This document shows, piece by piece, positions 47,844 through 57,653 of a stretch of DNA of 64,000 bases. Both the position numbers and the translations under genes were made by a program. The stretch comes from a virus, in the IMG/VR virus record IMGVR_UViG_3300027741_002766, positions 32,001 to 96,000 of that record; one strand, 5' to 3'. The notes beneath the pieces were generated by a model. It saw only the letters and a program-made list of their open reading frames with translations. It had not been told where the DNA came from and searched no databases. Every line of letters starts with the position of its first letter. Position 1 is the first letter of the stretch.

Positions 47844-50081
47844 ATGGCTACATCACTAACCCCTGAAGAAATCCAAGCCGCATTTGATGCGTACAATGAC
47901 GAACTGCTGAGAACTGGCAAAGTCACTGCTGAAACAGCCGAGGCATTTGCGGATGCCAAAGCAGGAGTCAAAAACTACACCTATCAACTGAATCTCAGTC
48001 TCAAGCAACTGGGCAATTCCATGCTGGACCTGGGGGAAGCATTCAAAGATGGTAAACAAGGCGCTTCAGTCTACAACAACAGCATCAAGGCTGGTGCTGA
48101 TGCAATAGATTCATTTGCTAGTAAATTTGGTATACTGGGTCGAATCATTGGTGGCCTGATCACAGCCGGTGCCAAGTATGCTGTAGCGGTCAACGAGCAG
48201 AGCGACAAACTGTTTGAGAGTTATCAACAACTCAGCAGAACAGGTGCCGCTGGTGCTTCGGGCATGAAGGGTGTGTTCCAAAGCATGCAGGACTTTGGCT
48301 ACAACATTGAACAACTGGGTGACTTTGGCAATCTAATCAAACAAAATGCAGAGTCCTTGGCTCAGTTTGGTGGCACTGTGGCACAAGGTACTCAGACGTT
48401 TGGAGCCGTGGCCAAAGGAATTCAACGTAGCGGATTGCAAACAGAATTCATGCGCATGGGCATGAAAGTGGATGATATCAATCAAGGCATGGCCGGCTAT
48501 CTACGTATTACAACTCTTACCGGAACAGCACAACGTAAATCCAACTCCGAATTAACACAAGGTGCGGCCGAATACATTAGAAACTTAGACACACTGACCA
48601 AACTCACAGGCGAAAACGCTGCCACTATTCAGCAAGAGCGTGAGGCCAGAATGAACGAACAGCGATTTATTGCTGTTCAAACTGAACTAGAAGACAAGGC
48701 CATGCAGGCTAGAATGCACGGTGATGAAGCACAGGCCAAGGCATTTGAAAAACAAATGGACAACAATCAAAGATTGTTGGATATGGCTCCTAAAGAATTG
48801 AGATCAGGCTTGATTGGCGCCATGACAGGATTTGTGGGCTCTAGCAAAGAAGCCGAAGCCTTGTATAGAACCATGCCCCAACTGTTTCAAAAGGTAGCCA
48901 GTCAGAGTTTTGAAGCAGGAAAAACGCTAGACATTGGAGCAAAAGAAGCCTCAGGAGCAATCAGAGGATTTAGAGTACTGGGTAAAGTAGGTGGATTTGA
49001 CGATACTTTTTCTAGTATGGCTGGATTGAATAAACTCAAAGTAAAATCACTCAAAGAATCCTATGCTGATCAAGAAAGAATAGCCAACGAACAACAACGA
49101 GATCAAGTGGAAAACTTAGACGAGGCTACAGAAGCACAAGTGGGCATGCGTCAGGAACAGATGGAAGTTACTCGTGCCATGCAGACCATGATCAACAAGG
49201 GCATTGTGCCTGTGACCAAGAGCATGGAAAAACTCAGTGGTGCTGTGGAAAGTGTGGCCAGCAATACTCCAGGTTCAGGAGCAGAAACAGGCACAGCAGG
49301 CAAAGGCCGCGGCGCCGAAGCATCAGGCAGTTGGTGGTCTAGCATATTTGGTGGTAGCAAAGCAGCCGGAGCACCTGCAGGCAAAACAGCCAATGCTCAA
49401 AAGGCCATGGCCTATTTTATTTCGCAAGGCTACACTCCTGAACAGGCAGCCGGTCTAGTTGGTAATTTGCAGGTAGAGTCAGGTGCTAATCTCAACACCA
49501 TGGCTGTGGGCGACTCAGGCAAGGCCAAGGGTATTGCGCAATGGCATCCAGATCGTCAGGCCAACTTTGCCAGATTCTCTGGAAAATCTCTAGAAAAAAG
49601 CACACTAGAAGAACAACTAGCATTTATTGCTCACGAACTAAAAACCTCCGAGGGTGCGGCTGGTAGCAAACTCAAGGGAGCCAAATCGGCCAGAGAAGCC
49701 GCAGCCATCGTTGACAAAATGTATGAACGTAGTTCAGGAGAGGCAAGAAATCAACGCATGGCCAATGCTGATGCATTACTGGGTGGTATGGGTGCTGTGT
49801 CAGGAACTACGGCCACTGGTGCAACTGCACCCAGTGGATCATTTGGATCTTTGTATGGTGTACCGCTTGGTGGGCCTAATGATCGATACAAGGCCACAGT
49901 AACAGGAGTTGGACCCGATGGCACCAAAACAGGATCAGCGTCTGCTCAATCTGCGGCAGCGGCGCCTCAAAATGCAAATGATCTGTTGGCTACGCTCATA
50001 ACCAAAACAGATGAAACGAATGCGCTGATGAAAACCAACAACGCCCAAAATCAAAAGTTACTGCAAGTAGCACGTAACTAA
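47844..50081 (+). CDS. Tape-measure-like protein with C-terminal phage tail lysozyme domain
   Basis: Long Ala/Gln-rich helical region, then GYTPEQAAGLVGNLQVESG...GIAQW...R...EQLAFIAHEL...YER. Confidence 0.75.
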   Translation: MATSLTPEEIQAAFDAYNDELLRTGKVTAETAEAFADAKAGVKNYTYQLNLSLKQLGNSMLDLGEAFKDGKQGASVYNNSIKAGADAIDSFASKFGILGRIIGGLITAGAKYAVAVNEQSDKLFESYQQLSRTGAAGASGMKGVFQSMQDFGYNIEQLGDFGNLIKQNAESLAQFGGTVAQGTQTFGAVAKGIQRSGLQTEFMRMGMKVDDINQGMAGYLRITTLTGTAQRKSNSELTQGAAEYIRNLDTLTKLTGENAATIQQEREARMNEQRFIAVQTELEDKAMQARMHGDEAQAKAFEKQMDNNQRLLDMAPKELRSGLIGAMTGFVGSSKEAEALYRTMPQLFQKVASQSFEAGKTLDIGAKEASGAIRGFRVLGKVGGFDDTFSSMAGLNKLKVKSLKESYADQERIANEQQRDQVENLDEATEAQVGMRQEQMEVTRAMQTMINKGIVPVTKSMEKLSGAVESVASNTPGSGAETGTAGKGRGAEASGSWWSSIFGGSKAAGAPAGKTANAQKAMAYFISQGYTPEQAAGLVGNLQVESGANLNTMAVGDSGKAKGIAQWHPDRQANFARFSGKSLEKSTLEEQLAFIAHELKTSEGAAGSKLKGAKSAREAAAIVDKMYERSSGEARNQRMANADALLGGMGAVSGTTATGATAPSGSFGSLYGVPLGGPNDRYKATVTGVGPDGTKTGSASAQSAAAAPQNANDLLATLITKTDETNALMKTNNAQNQKLLQVARN

Positions 50082-50082
50082 C

Positions 50083-50090
50083 GATAAATA
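50083..50090 (+). promoter_or_regulatory. Late promoter GATAAATA
   Basis: 7 nt upstream of the portal ATG. Confidence 0.7.
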
Positions 50091-50097
50091 ATACACT

Positions 50098-51876
50098 ATG
50101 GCTGGATGGCGAAAATATTTTAAAGTGGCTGACCTCTCAGGTCAGATGAGCCCTATTTCGGGTGGTAGAGATGCGGGCTTGCCCGGATATCCACGAAACG
50201 ATGGTCGTGGATCAAATCTAGCACAGACTGATTTTGCATTCCGTAACTATGCCAGCCGACTGCCAGAAGTGTATTCTGGGCACCCTAATCGAATTGAACG
50301 CTACAATCAATATGAAAACATGGACGCTGACTCAGAAGTCAATGCATGTTTAGATATTATCGCCGAGTTCTCCACACAACTCAATGACGACAACAACACT
50401 CCATTTGAGATACAGTATTCAGATGAACCCACTGACCACGAAATTGAGATCATCCGCAAGCAGATGCAACAGTGGACCAAACTCAACAAACTAGATCAGC
50501 GCATCTTCAAACTGTTCCGTAACACCATCAAGTACGGTGATCAAATCTTTGTGCGTGATCCAGAAACATTTGAAATGTACTGGGTAGACATGTCAAAAGT
50601 CAGCCGAGTAATTGTAAACGAATCGGAAGGCAAGCGTCCTGAGCAGTACATCATTAGAGATATCAATCCCAACTTTCAAAACTTGACAGTGGCAGCCAAG
50701 ACCACCACAGATTTCATGGTTAATCCGCCCACAGGTGGTGGTTATCAGCAGGGTTCGGGCTATACCATGCCCAACACTGCCATGACAGGAACCAGTAGAT
50801 TTAGCCGTGCTGTGAACGAGACCTGTATTGATGCCAAACACGTGGTGCATCTTTCCATGAATGAAGGCTTAGACACGTTTTGGCCCTTTGGCAAGTCAAT
50901 CCTGGAAAACATTTTCAAAGTATTCAAGCAGAAAGAACTGCTGGAAGATGCGTTACTAATCTATCGTGTGCAACGTGCTCCTGAGCGCAGAGTGTTCAAG
51001 ATTGACGTGGGCAACATGCCATCACACCTGGCCATGCAATTTGTGGAACGTGTGAAAAATGAAATGCACCAACGCAGAATACCCACATACGGTGGCGGTG
51101 GTGGCAACATCATGGATTCAAGTTACAATCCATTGAGTATCAACGAAGACTTCTTTTTCCCCACAGGTGCTGATGGACGTGGCTCTAGTGTAGATGTATT
51201 ACCGGGCGGTCAAAATCTAGGCGAAATCGACGATTTAAAGTACTTCAACAACAAAATGGCTCGTGGTTTACGTGTGCCGTCAAGTTACTTGCCCACTGCG
51301 CCTGACGACTCCGAGCGCACCATGCAGGACGGCAAAGTGGGTACGGCCTTGATTCAAGAGTATAGATTCAACCAGTATTGCGAGCGACTGCAAGCACTTA
51401 TCATGCAGAAACTTGATGATGAATTTAAGATGTTCCTGCGCTGGAGAGGCTTCAACATTGATGCTGGCCTGTTCCAACTCAAGTTCAACCCACCACAAAA
51501 CTTTGCCAGTTATCGTCAGGCTGAGATGGACACAGCACGTATCAGCAGTTTTACCAGTCTGGAGCAGTTGCCTTACATGAGCAAACGTTTTATGCTAGAG
51601 CGTTTCTTGGGTCTCAGCAAGGACGAAATTGAAAGAAACGAAACAATGTGGCGTGAAGAACGTGACCGACCTGAACTGCAAACCACACAAGGGCAGGACC
51701 TACGCTCAATTGGTATTACTCCAGCAGGTATGGAAACTGATATTGCCACAGGTGAAGAAATGGCCAATCTACAGGCACCTGCCGCAGAAGGTGGCTTGCC
51801 AGCCGCACCTGCAGGCGGTGTAGGTGGTACTATACCGGGCGTTCAAGCACCGGCGGCCGCACCGGCGGGATTATAA
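50098..51876 (+). CDS. gp20: Portal vertex protein
   Basis: LLEDALLIYRVQRAPERRVFKIDVGNMP, EDFFFP, LPGGQNLGEIDDLKYF. Confidence 0.95.
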   Translation: MAGWRKYFKVADLSGQMSPISGGRDAGLPGYPRNDGRGSNLAQTDFAFRNYASRLPEVYSGHPNRIERYNQYENMDADSEVNACLDIIAEFSTQLNDDNNTPFEIQYSDEPTDHEIEIIRKQMQQWTKLNKLDQRIFKLFRNTIKYGDQIFVRDPETFEMYWVDMSKVSRVIVNESEGKRPEQYIIRDINPNFQNLTVAAKTTTDFMVNPPTGGGYQQGSGYTMPNTAMTGTSRFSRAVNETCIDAKHVVHLSMNEGLDTFWPFGKSILENIFKVFKQKELLEDALLIYRVQRAPERRVFKIDVGNMPSHLAMQFVERVKNEMHQRRIPTYGGGGGNIMDSSYNPLSINEDFFFPTGADGRGSSVDVLPGGQNLGEIDDLKYFNNKMARGLRVPSSYLPTAPDDSERTMQDGKVGTALIQEYRFNQYCERLQALIMQKLDDEFKMFLRWRGFNIDAGLFQLKFNPPQNFASYRQAEMDTARISSFTSLEQLPYMSKRFMLERFLGLSKDEIERNETMWREERDRPELQTTQGQDLRSIGITPAGMETDIATGEEMANLQAPAAEGGLPAAPAGGVGGTIPGVQAPAAAPAGL

Positions 51877-51879
51877 ATA
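51872..51879 (+). promoter_or_regulatory. Perfect T4 late promoter TATAAATA overlapping the portal stop codon
   Basis: 4 nt upstream of the ATG at 51884. Confidence 0.8.
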
Positions 51880-51883
51880 CAGC

Positions 51884-52543
51884 ATGAACAATTATCGTAA
51901 GATATACAAAAATCATTATGGTAAAATTCCAACTGATGAAACCGGAAGATCTTACGAAATTCATCACATTGACGGTAATCATACCAACAACAATATTAGT
52001 AATCTTAAATTAGTTACAATTCAAGAACATTACAATATTCATTATTCTCAGCAAGATTGGGGAGCCTGTCAAGCAATAGCAATTCGCATGGAAATTGATC
52101 ATGCTACTATTTCTGACATGGCAAGAAAATCCAGTTTGGCTAGAGTTGCTAAAGGGACTCATCCATTTTCTGGACCAGCACAGAATCTTAAAAAAGTAGC
52201 GAATGGAACGCACCCATCAAAAATTAGGATGGAAAACAGAACACATAATTTTTTGGGTGAGAATCACCCAATGAAAGTGGCTTCGGCAAACGGAACCCAT
52301 CATTTTAGTAGTAAAAAACTTGAAGAGTTAAAACAAACCAATCCTGACAAATTTGCAAAAATTTGTAAACAACGATCAGATACTGCGTTTCAACGAATAG
52401 CAAATGGAACCCATGCTGGTGTTAAAATATTTTCTACCTACCACACTTGTCCACATTGTGGCAAACAGGGAAAAGGTGCTATTATGTATAGATTTCATTA
52501 TGATAATTGTAAAACAATAAAGAAACTAAATATTGAATTATGA
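51884..52543 (+). mobile_element. Free-standing HNH homing endonuclease
   Basis: EIHHIDGNHTNNNISNL...EHYNIH, GTH(P/H) repeats, C-terminal CPHC...H..NC; visibly AT-richer than its flanks; inserted in the head operon. Confidence 0.85.
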
Positions 52544-52758
52544 TCCTGAATGAAATTTACGACCGAGCGCCAGCAGGCTATCAAGATGTTGCAGCCGACA
52601 ACACACAGCCCCACCTGGGTCAATTGCGTAAAACCAAACTCACTCTCAAGCAGTTGAACAAACTGCGCAGAATGCAGGATACTCGTACCTATGAGTATGC
52701 GGAAAAACTCAAACTAATCCGCAAACAGTATGCACCGCCAGCACAGCCTGCCCTGTAA
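52540..52758 (+). CDS. Small conserved head-module protein (72 aa)
   Basis: LRKTKLTLKQLNKLR; own late promoter CTAAATA at 52526-52532. Confidence 0.7.
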   Translation: MILNEIYDRAPAGYQDVAADNTQPHLGQLRKTKLTLKQLNKLRRMQDTRTYEYAEKLKLIRKQYAPPAQPAL

Positions 52759-52816
52759 AAAAACTGTCATTTCTGACAAAAAACCCACCATAAACCGCTA
52801 AGTTTTTGCCTTCTAA

Positions 52817-52823
52817 GTAAATA
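52817..52823 (+). promoter_or_regulatory. Late promoter GTAAATA for the prohead/capsid operon
   Basis: Followed by a hairpin leader and an AGGAG SD before the ATG at 52880. Confidence 0.65.
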
Positions 52824-52879
52824 TAGGTATAGATCTGCCATGAGGGCAGAACTACCCAACATACCCTTTAGGAGCCATA

Positions 52880-53704
52880 ATGAGCAAAAACCGTTTTGAA
52901 CAATTGATCGAATACGTGATCAATGATGAAGAAGCCAAAGCAAAAGAACTTTTCCACCAAATCGTTGTGGAAAAGAGCCGCGCTATCTATGAAGACCTCA
53001 TGGATGAAGACGAGTCCAAAGACGATCTCGAAGAAGACAATGCCATGGGCGAAGAGCCCACTGAAGTTGACACAGACATGAGCGAAAGCCTTGGTGGCAG
53101 CCAAGCCCAAGACATGATCGACGATGTGGAAATGGAAGAGCAAGGCATGAGCGAAGGCGAAGACGACGTTGAGTTTGACGACAAGGCTGAAAAAGCCGGC
53201 CATGAAATGACTCACGACATTGAAGATATGCATGATGACGGCGAACTTGAAAATCGCGTGGTTGACCTGGAAGACAAATTAGACGAACTCATGGCCGAAT
53301 TTGAAGCCATGATGGACGGTGGTGATGCTAAAGACATGGGCGACACACCCGACATGACTGACATCGAAGTCCAAAACGACGAGTTTGAAACTGAAGGCAT
53401 GATGCCAATGGAAGAAGCCATTAACCTCAAGCAAGTACACCCCAAAGTTACCACACAGGAAGCACCTGGTACCAACTCTAAGTCTACTATCGCTGCCAAT
53501 TCAGGCGCACGTGGCGCAATGGCACAACCAGTCAAAATGACTGGTGATACAGCACAAGGTCGTCCTGCTCCAACTGCCAAGGACTTGATTGGCAAAGTAG
53601 GTAACTCACCTGCTCAAGGCACACAAAGTCCCAAGGCAGCACCCAAGGCAGTGACCACACAAGCCGCAGGTGTAAACACACGCACACCGTTTCCCAAGGG
53701 CTAA
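52880..53704 (+). CDS. Acidic prohead core protein
   Basis: Very Asp/Glu-rich; lies between the portal and the protease. Confidence 0.65.
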   Translation: MSKNRFEQLIEYVINDEEAKAKELFHQIVVEKSRAIYEDLMDEDESKDDLEEDNAMGEEPTEVDTDMSESLGGSQAQDMIDDVEMEEQGMSEGEDDVEFDDKAEKAGHEMTHDIEDMHDDGELENRVVDLEDKLDELMAEFEAMMDGGDAKDMGDTPDMTDIEVQNDEFETEGMMPMEEAINLKQVHPKVTTQEAPGTNSKSTIAANSGARGAMAQPVKMTGDTAQGRPAPTAKDLIGKVGNSPAQGTQSPKAAPKAVTTQAAGVNTRTPFPKG

Positions 53705-53710
53705 TCTGTC

Positions 53711-54358
53711 ATGAGATACCTACAAGAGCATTTGAACTTTAATCAGGCCAAGATTCGCGTCTTGGTCGAAGATGCTCCTGACGGCAAAGGCCCTTTCAAT
53801 GGCAAGAACTTGTACATGGAAGGCATCTGTATCGAAGGCGGAGTAAAAAACGCCAACGAACGGGTGTATCCTGTGCATGAAATTGCCAAGGCCGTGGACA
53901 CTATCAACAAACAAGTGGTAGAAGGCTACAGCGTGATGGGCGAAGTAGATCACCCAGAAGATCTCAAAATCAACTTGGATCGCGTGAGTCATACCATTGA
54001 CAAAATGTGGATGGATGGCCCTTGCGGTTATGGCAAGTTGAGAATTATTCCAACGCCAATGGGACAACTGGTCAAGACCATGTTGGACTCAGGTGTCAAA
54101 CTAGGAGTTTCGAGCCGTGGTTCCGGTAACGTGAACGACGGCAACGGACATGTCAGTGACTTTGAAATTGTCACTGTCGATGTTGTTGCTCAACCCAGCG
54201 CCCCACATGCTTATCCCAAGGCCATCTATGAAGGACTTCTCAACATGAAGTACGGACATAGAGTCATGGAAGTGGCGAGAGATGCCGGCAAGGACAGCAA
54301 GGTACAGAGATATTTGCAGAACGAGGTAACTCGTTTGATCAAAGATCTCAAAATATAA
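53711..54358 (+). CDS. gp21: Prohead protease
   Basis: NANERVYP, GEVDHP, INLDRVSH, LGVSSRGSG, DVVAQPSAP. Confidence 0.95.
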   Translation: MRYLQEHLNFNQAKIRVLVEDAPDGKGPFNGKNLYMEGICIEGGVKNANERVYPVHEIAKAVDTINKQVVEGYSVMGEVDHPEDLKINLDRVSHTIDKMWMDGPCGYGKLRIIPTPMGQLVKTMLDSGVKLGVSSRGSGNVNDGNGHVSDFEIVTVDVVAQPSAPHAYPKAIYEGLLNMKYGHRVMEVARDAGKDSKVQRYLQNEVTRLIKDLKI

Positions 54359-54369
54359 GGAGTAAAAGC

Positions 54370-55470
54370 ATGCTAGATGCTATTAAACCATTGCTTGATA
54401 GTGAACTGATCAACGAGGAAACTCGCAGTGCTATTAGTGAGGCTTGGGAAGCCAAGTTAACTGAAGCACGTGAACAAGTTCGCGCAGAACTCCGCGAGGA
54501 ATTTGCGCAACGCTATGAGCATGACAAATCAGTAATGGTGGAAGCCTTAGACAAAATGGTAACAGAAGGTCTTGCCGCAGAAGTTCAAGCCGTGGCTGCT
54601 GAAAAGCAGGCGCTGGCCGAAGACCGCGTTAAGTTCCAAGTCAAGATCAAAGAAGATGCAACTAAATTCAACAGTTTCATGGTCACAAAATTGGCAGAAG
54701 AAATTAGCGAACTGCGCAGAGATCGCAAGATGCACACAGAAGGACTGGGTAAACTGGAAAACTTTGTGGTACATGCATTGGCCCGTGAAATTCAAGAATT
54801 TGCAACAGACAAACGTGACGTGGTGGAAACCAAGGTTCGTTTGGTGCGTGAAGCACGTGGTCAACTGGAAGGTCTCAAAGCACGTTTCGTCAAGGAAAGT
54901 GCCGAGAAGATGAGCCAGGCTGTTAGCCGTCACCTCAAGGCAGAACTCACACAATTACATGAAGACATCCAAATTGCTCGCGAGAACAATTTTGGTCGTC
55001 GTATCTTTGAAGCATACGCAGCCGAATTTGGTGCTACTCATCTCAATGAGAAAGCCGAAGTTCGTAAACTGCACGATATGATTGCCAACAAAGATCATCA
55101 ATTGAGTGAAGCCATCCGACTCACACAGAGAGCAAAAACTCTGGTTGAGTCCAAAGAACGTGAAATACGTATTATCAAGGAATCCAATGTGCGTCAAAAC
55201 ACTCTGGACGATTTGCTTGCACCTCTCAACGAAGAGAAGCGTGAGACAATGCGTAATTTACTCGAAAGCGTACAAACAGCCCGTCTGAATGCCGCATTTG
55301 AAAAGTATCTACCAGCCGTACTGGCCGAAGGCCGTTCAACAAGTAGCCGCAAAGTGATTGTTGAAAATGTGTCGGAAGTAACTGGTGATAAAACTGCCCG
55401 AAGCCACGTAGAAGATAATGTTGAAGACAACAGCAACGTTATTGCTATCAAGCGCCTGGCAGGCCTCTAA
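54370..55470 (+). CDS. gp22: Prohead scaffolding/core protein
   Basis: Coiled coil located between the protease and the major capsid protein; SD AAGGAG. Confidence 0.8.
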   Translation: MLDAIKPLLDSELINEETRSAISEAWEAKLTEAREQVRAELREEFAQRYEHDKSVMVEALDKMVTEGLAAEVQAVAAEKQALAEDRVKFQVKIKEDATKFNSFMVTKLAEEISELRRDRKMHTEGLGKLENFVVHALAREIQEFATDKRDVVETKVRLVREARGQLEGLKARFVKESAEKMSQAVSRHLKAELTQLHEDIQIARENNFGRRIFEAYAAEFGATHLNEKAEVRKLHDMIANKDHQLSEAIRLTQRAKTLVESKEREIRIIKESNVRQNTLDDLLAPLNEEKRETMRNLLESVQTARLNAAFEKYLPAVLAEGRSTSSRKVIVENVSEVTGDKTARSHVEDNVEDNSNVIAIKRLAGL

Positions 55471-55491
55471 ACAAAGAAAAAGGAGACAGAA

Positions 55492-56703
55492 ATGTCAGAA
55501 CAATTATTAGAAAGCCGCTGGGGCGAAACCAAAGAAGCATTGCTTGAAGGTTTGAACGGTTCCAAGCGCAACAGCATGAGTGTTATCCTCGAAAACACTC
55601 GCAAGTACTTGAAGGAAAACGCAAGTGGTGGTTCAACAGGCTCTGGTAACATTGCCACATTGAACCGCGTGATTTTGCCAGTGATCCGTCGTGTGATGCC
55701 AACAGTTATTGCTAACGAGTTGGTGGGCGTTCAGCCAATGACAGGCCCAGTTGGTCAAATCCACACATTACGTGTGCGTTATGCCAACTCAATGACTGAC
55801 AACAGTCCAGCGCAGACCAGCACTGCGGCCGGTCAAGAAGCATTGAGCCCATTCTTGATTGCTCAAGCATATTCTTCAGCATCTAGCGTTACTGCTGGTG
55901 TTGTTGACCCAACACAGAACATCTACTCTGGTGCTAACACATCAGTTCTAGAAGGTTCTGGTGGTCGTCAAATTTCCGTGCAAATCTTGAAGCAGGCTGT
56001 TGAAGCCAAGACTCGCAAGTTGCAAGCACGTTGGACTTTTGAAGCCGCTCAAGACGCACAAGCAATGCATGGTATCGACGTAGAAGCCGAAATCATGGCC
56101 GCTTTGGCTCAAGAGATCACTGCTGAAATCGACCAAGAGATTCTTTTGAGTCTCCGTAGTTTGGCTTCAACTGAGTACACATACAACCAAGCAACTGTTT
56201 CAGGTACTGCTACATTCGTTGGTGACGAGCATGCCGCATTGGCAGTTTTGATCAACCGTGTTGCTAACTTGATCGCCCAACGCACACGTCGTGGCGCAGG
56301 TAACTACGCTGTTGTGTCTTCAGCAAGTTTGACAGTGTTGCAATCTGCAACTACTTCTGCTTTTGCACGTACTACAGAAGGTACATTCGAAGCACCTACA
56401 AACACCAAGTTTGTTGGTACATTGAACGGCGCAATGCGTGTGTTCGTTGACTCTTATGCAAGTGACACAACTCCTGTGTTGGTTGGTTACAAGGGTTCTT
56501 CAGAAGCAGACGCTCCAGCATTCTACTGCCCATACATTCCTTTGATGTCAAGTGGTGTTGTGTTGGATCCCACAACCTTTGAACCAGTTGTGTCATTCAT
56601 GACACGCTACGGGTTTATCGAACTCACTAACACCGCATCGTCTTTTGGCAATGCTGGCGATTATGTGGGAGAGATAGCCGTTTCGAATCTGAGTTTCTCC
56701 TAA
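55492..56703 (+). CDS. gp23: Major capsid protein
   Basis: VIRRVMP..IANELVGVQPMTGP, VEAKTRKLQARWT.E.AQD, EITAEID, FYCPYIPL, FMTRYG. Confidence 0.97.
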   Translation: MSEQLLESRWGETKEALLEGLNGSKRNSMSVILENTRKYLKENASGGSTGSGNIATLNRVILPVIRRVMPTVIANELVGVQPMTGPVGQIHTLRVRYANSMTDNSPAQTSTAAGQEALSPFLIAQAYSSASSVTAGVVDPTQNIYSGANTSVLEGSGGRQISVQILKQAVEAKTRKLQARWTFEAAQDAQAMHGIDVEAEIMAALAQEITAEIDQEILLSLRSLASTEYTYNQATVSGTATFVGDEHAALAVLINRVANLIAQRTRRGAGNYAVVSSASLTVLQSATTSAFARTTEGTFEAPTNTKFVGTLNGAMRVFVDSYASDTTPVLVGYKGSSEADAPAFYCPYIPLMSSGVVLDPTTFEPVVSFMTRYGFIELTNTASSFGNAGDYVGEIAVSNLSFS

Positions 56704-56730
56704 GATTTACTCAGTTCGCAAATGCAACTC

Positions 56731-56757
56731 AAAAAAAGCACCTTCGGGTGCTTTTTT
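56731..56757 (+). terminator. Intrinsic terminator with UUCG loop
   Basis: A7-gcacc-TTCG-ggtgc-T6. Confidence 0.9.
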
Positions 56758-56824
56758 GTTGACTTTTCTTTCTAAAAATGTTATTGTTACAAGGCGAAAT
56801 TGCGGTGAGAAACTAAATAACAAT

Positions 56825-57580
56825 ATGAAACCATACACCTATCTAATAAAACATCGTCCTACAAGCAAAGTCTATTATGGATATCGTTCTGCTAACCAAG
56901 TAAATCCGTGTGATGATCTTTGGAAACATTATTTTACCAGTAGTCATGGTGTACAACAGTTGATTGATGAAACCGGCGCAGATAGTTTTGATGTGGAAAT
57001 ACGCAGAATATTTGAAACCAAAGAACAGGCAAGCAACTGGGAAACCCGAGTATTACGTCGCTGCCGAGTATTAGAAGACGAGCGTTGGCTTAATCAAAAC
57101 ATTGCCGGTTATATTGTGCCCACCAAAGAAAGCCGAAAAAAGATCAGTGACTACCACAAAGGAAAACCTAAGAGTGATCAACACAAACAAAATCTAAGTA
57201 AATCACAAAAAGGTAAATCAAAAAATTATGTACAAACAGAAGAACACAAAAGAAAAAATTCTTTAGCAAACAGTGGGAAAAATAATCCGATGTACGGTAC
57301 TTGTACACCTGAACGTGCGGCAAATATAAGTGCCGCTAAAAAAGGTAAACCTGCCGCAAACAAAGGTGTTCCGATGAGTGAAGAGCAAAAAGCAAAGATT
57401 CGTGCTACTAAAGCCATTAGTCCAACTAAGATGAGTGCGGAGTCAATCGCTCGCCGGATAGCCAAACAAACTGGCCAAAAACGACAAAAACTACACTGCC
57501 CACATTGTGAACGAGACATAGCAGTCGGGTGGTATAATCGGCACGGTGATCAATGCCGCGCCCGACTAAATACCTTGTGA
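56825..57580 (+). mobile_element. Free-standing GIY-YIG-like (Seg-type) homing endonuclease with NUMOD3-like repeats
   Basis: PYTYLI...YYGYR, YFTSS, WLNQN; KGKPKSDQHKQNLS, NKGVPMSEEQKAKI; C-terminal CPHC...H...C. Late promoter CTAAATA at 56813-56819. Confidence 0.8.
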
Positions 57581-57612
57581 CAAAAATTCTCAATGAGATG
57601 GGAAGGAAAAAC

Positions 57613-57637
57613 AAAAAGGCTCTTCGGAGCCTTTTTT
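57613..57637 (+). terminator. Intrinsic terminator with UUCG loop
   Basis: A5-ggctc-TTCG-gagcc-T6. Confidence 0.9.
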
Positions 57638-57653
57638 CATGGCTAAATAGACC

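Noticed and set aside
39217-56703. Inteins or introns in gp55, gp47, gp46, gp20 or gp23
   Set aside because: The ORFs are continuous and show no intein splice-junction or LAGLIDADG motifs. The extra central segment of gp55 lacks such motifs too.
56759-56787. Sigma70-like promoter TTGACT-N17-TATTGT before the GIY-YIG/NUMOD3 gene
   Set aside because: The -10 match is weak in AT-rich sequence, and a late promoter already explains expression. Left uncalled.
51824-56824. Upstream starts in the ORF track (51824, 56756; likewise 47802, 39175, 59860, 6553, 8746, 31920, 2934)
   Set aside because: Promoter position, SD motifs or ATGA overlaps support downstream ATGs (51884, 56825, 47844, 39217, 59827, 6463, 8704, 31902, 2913).
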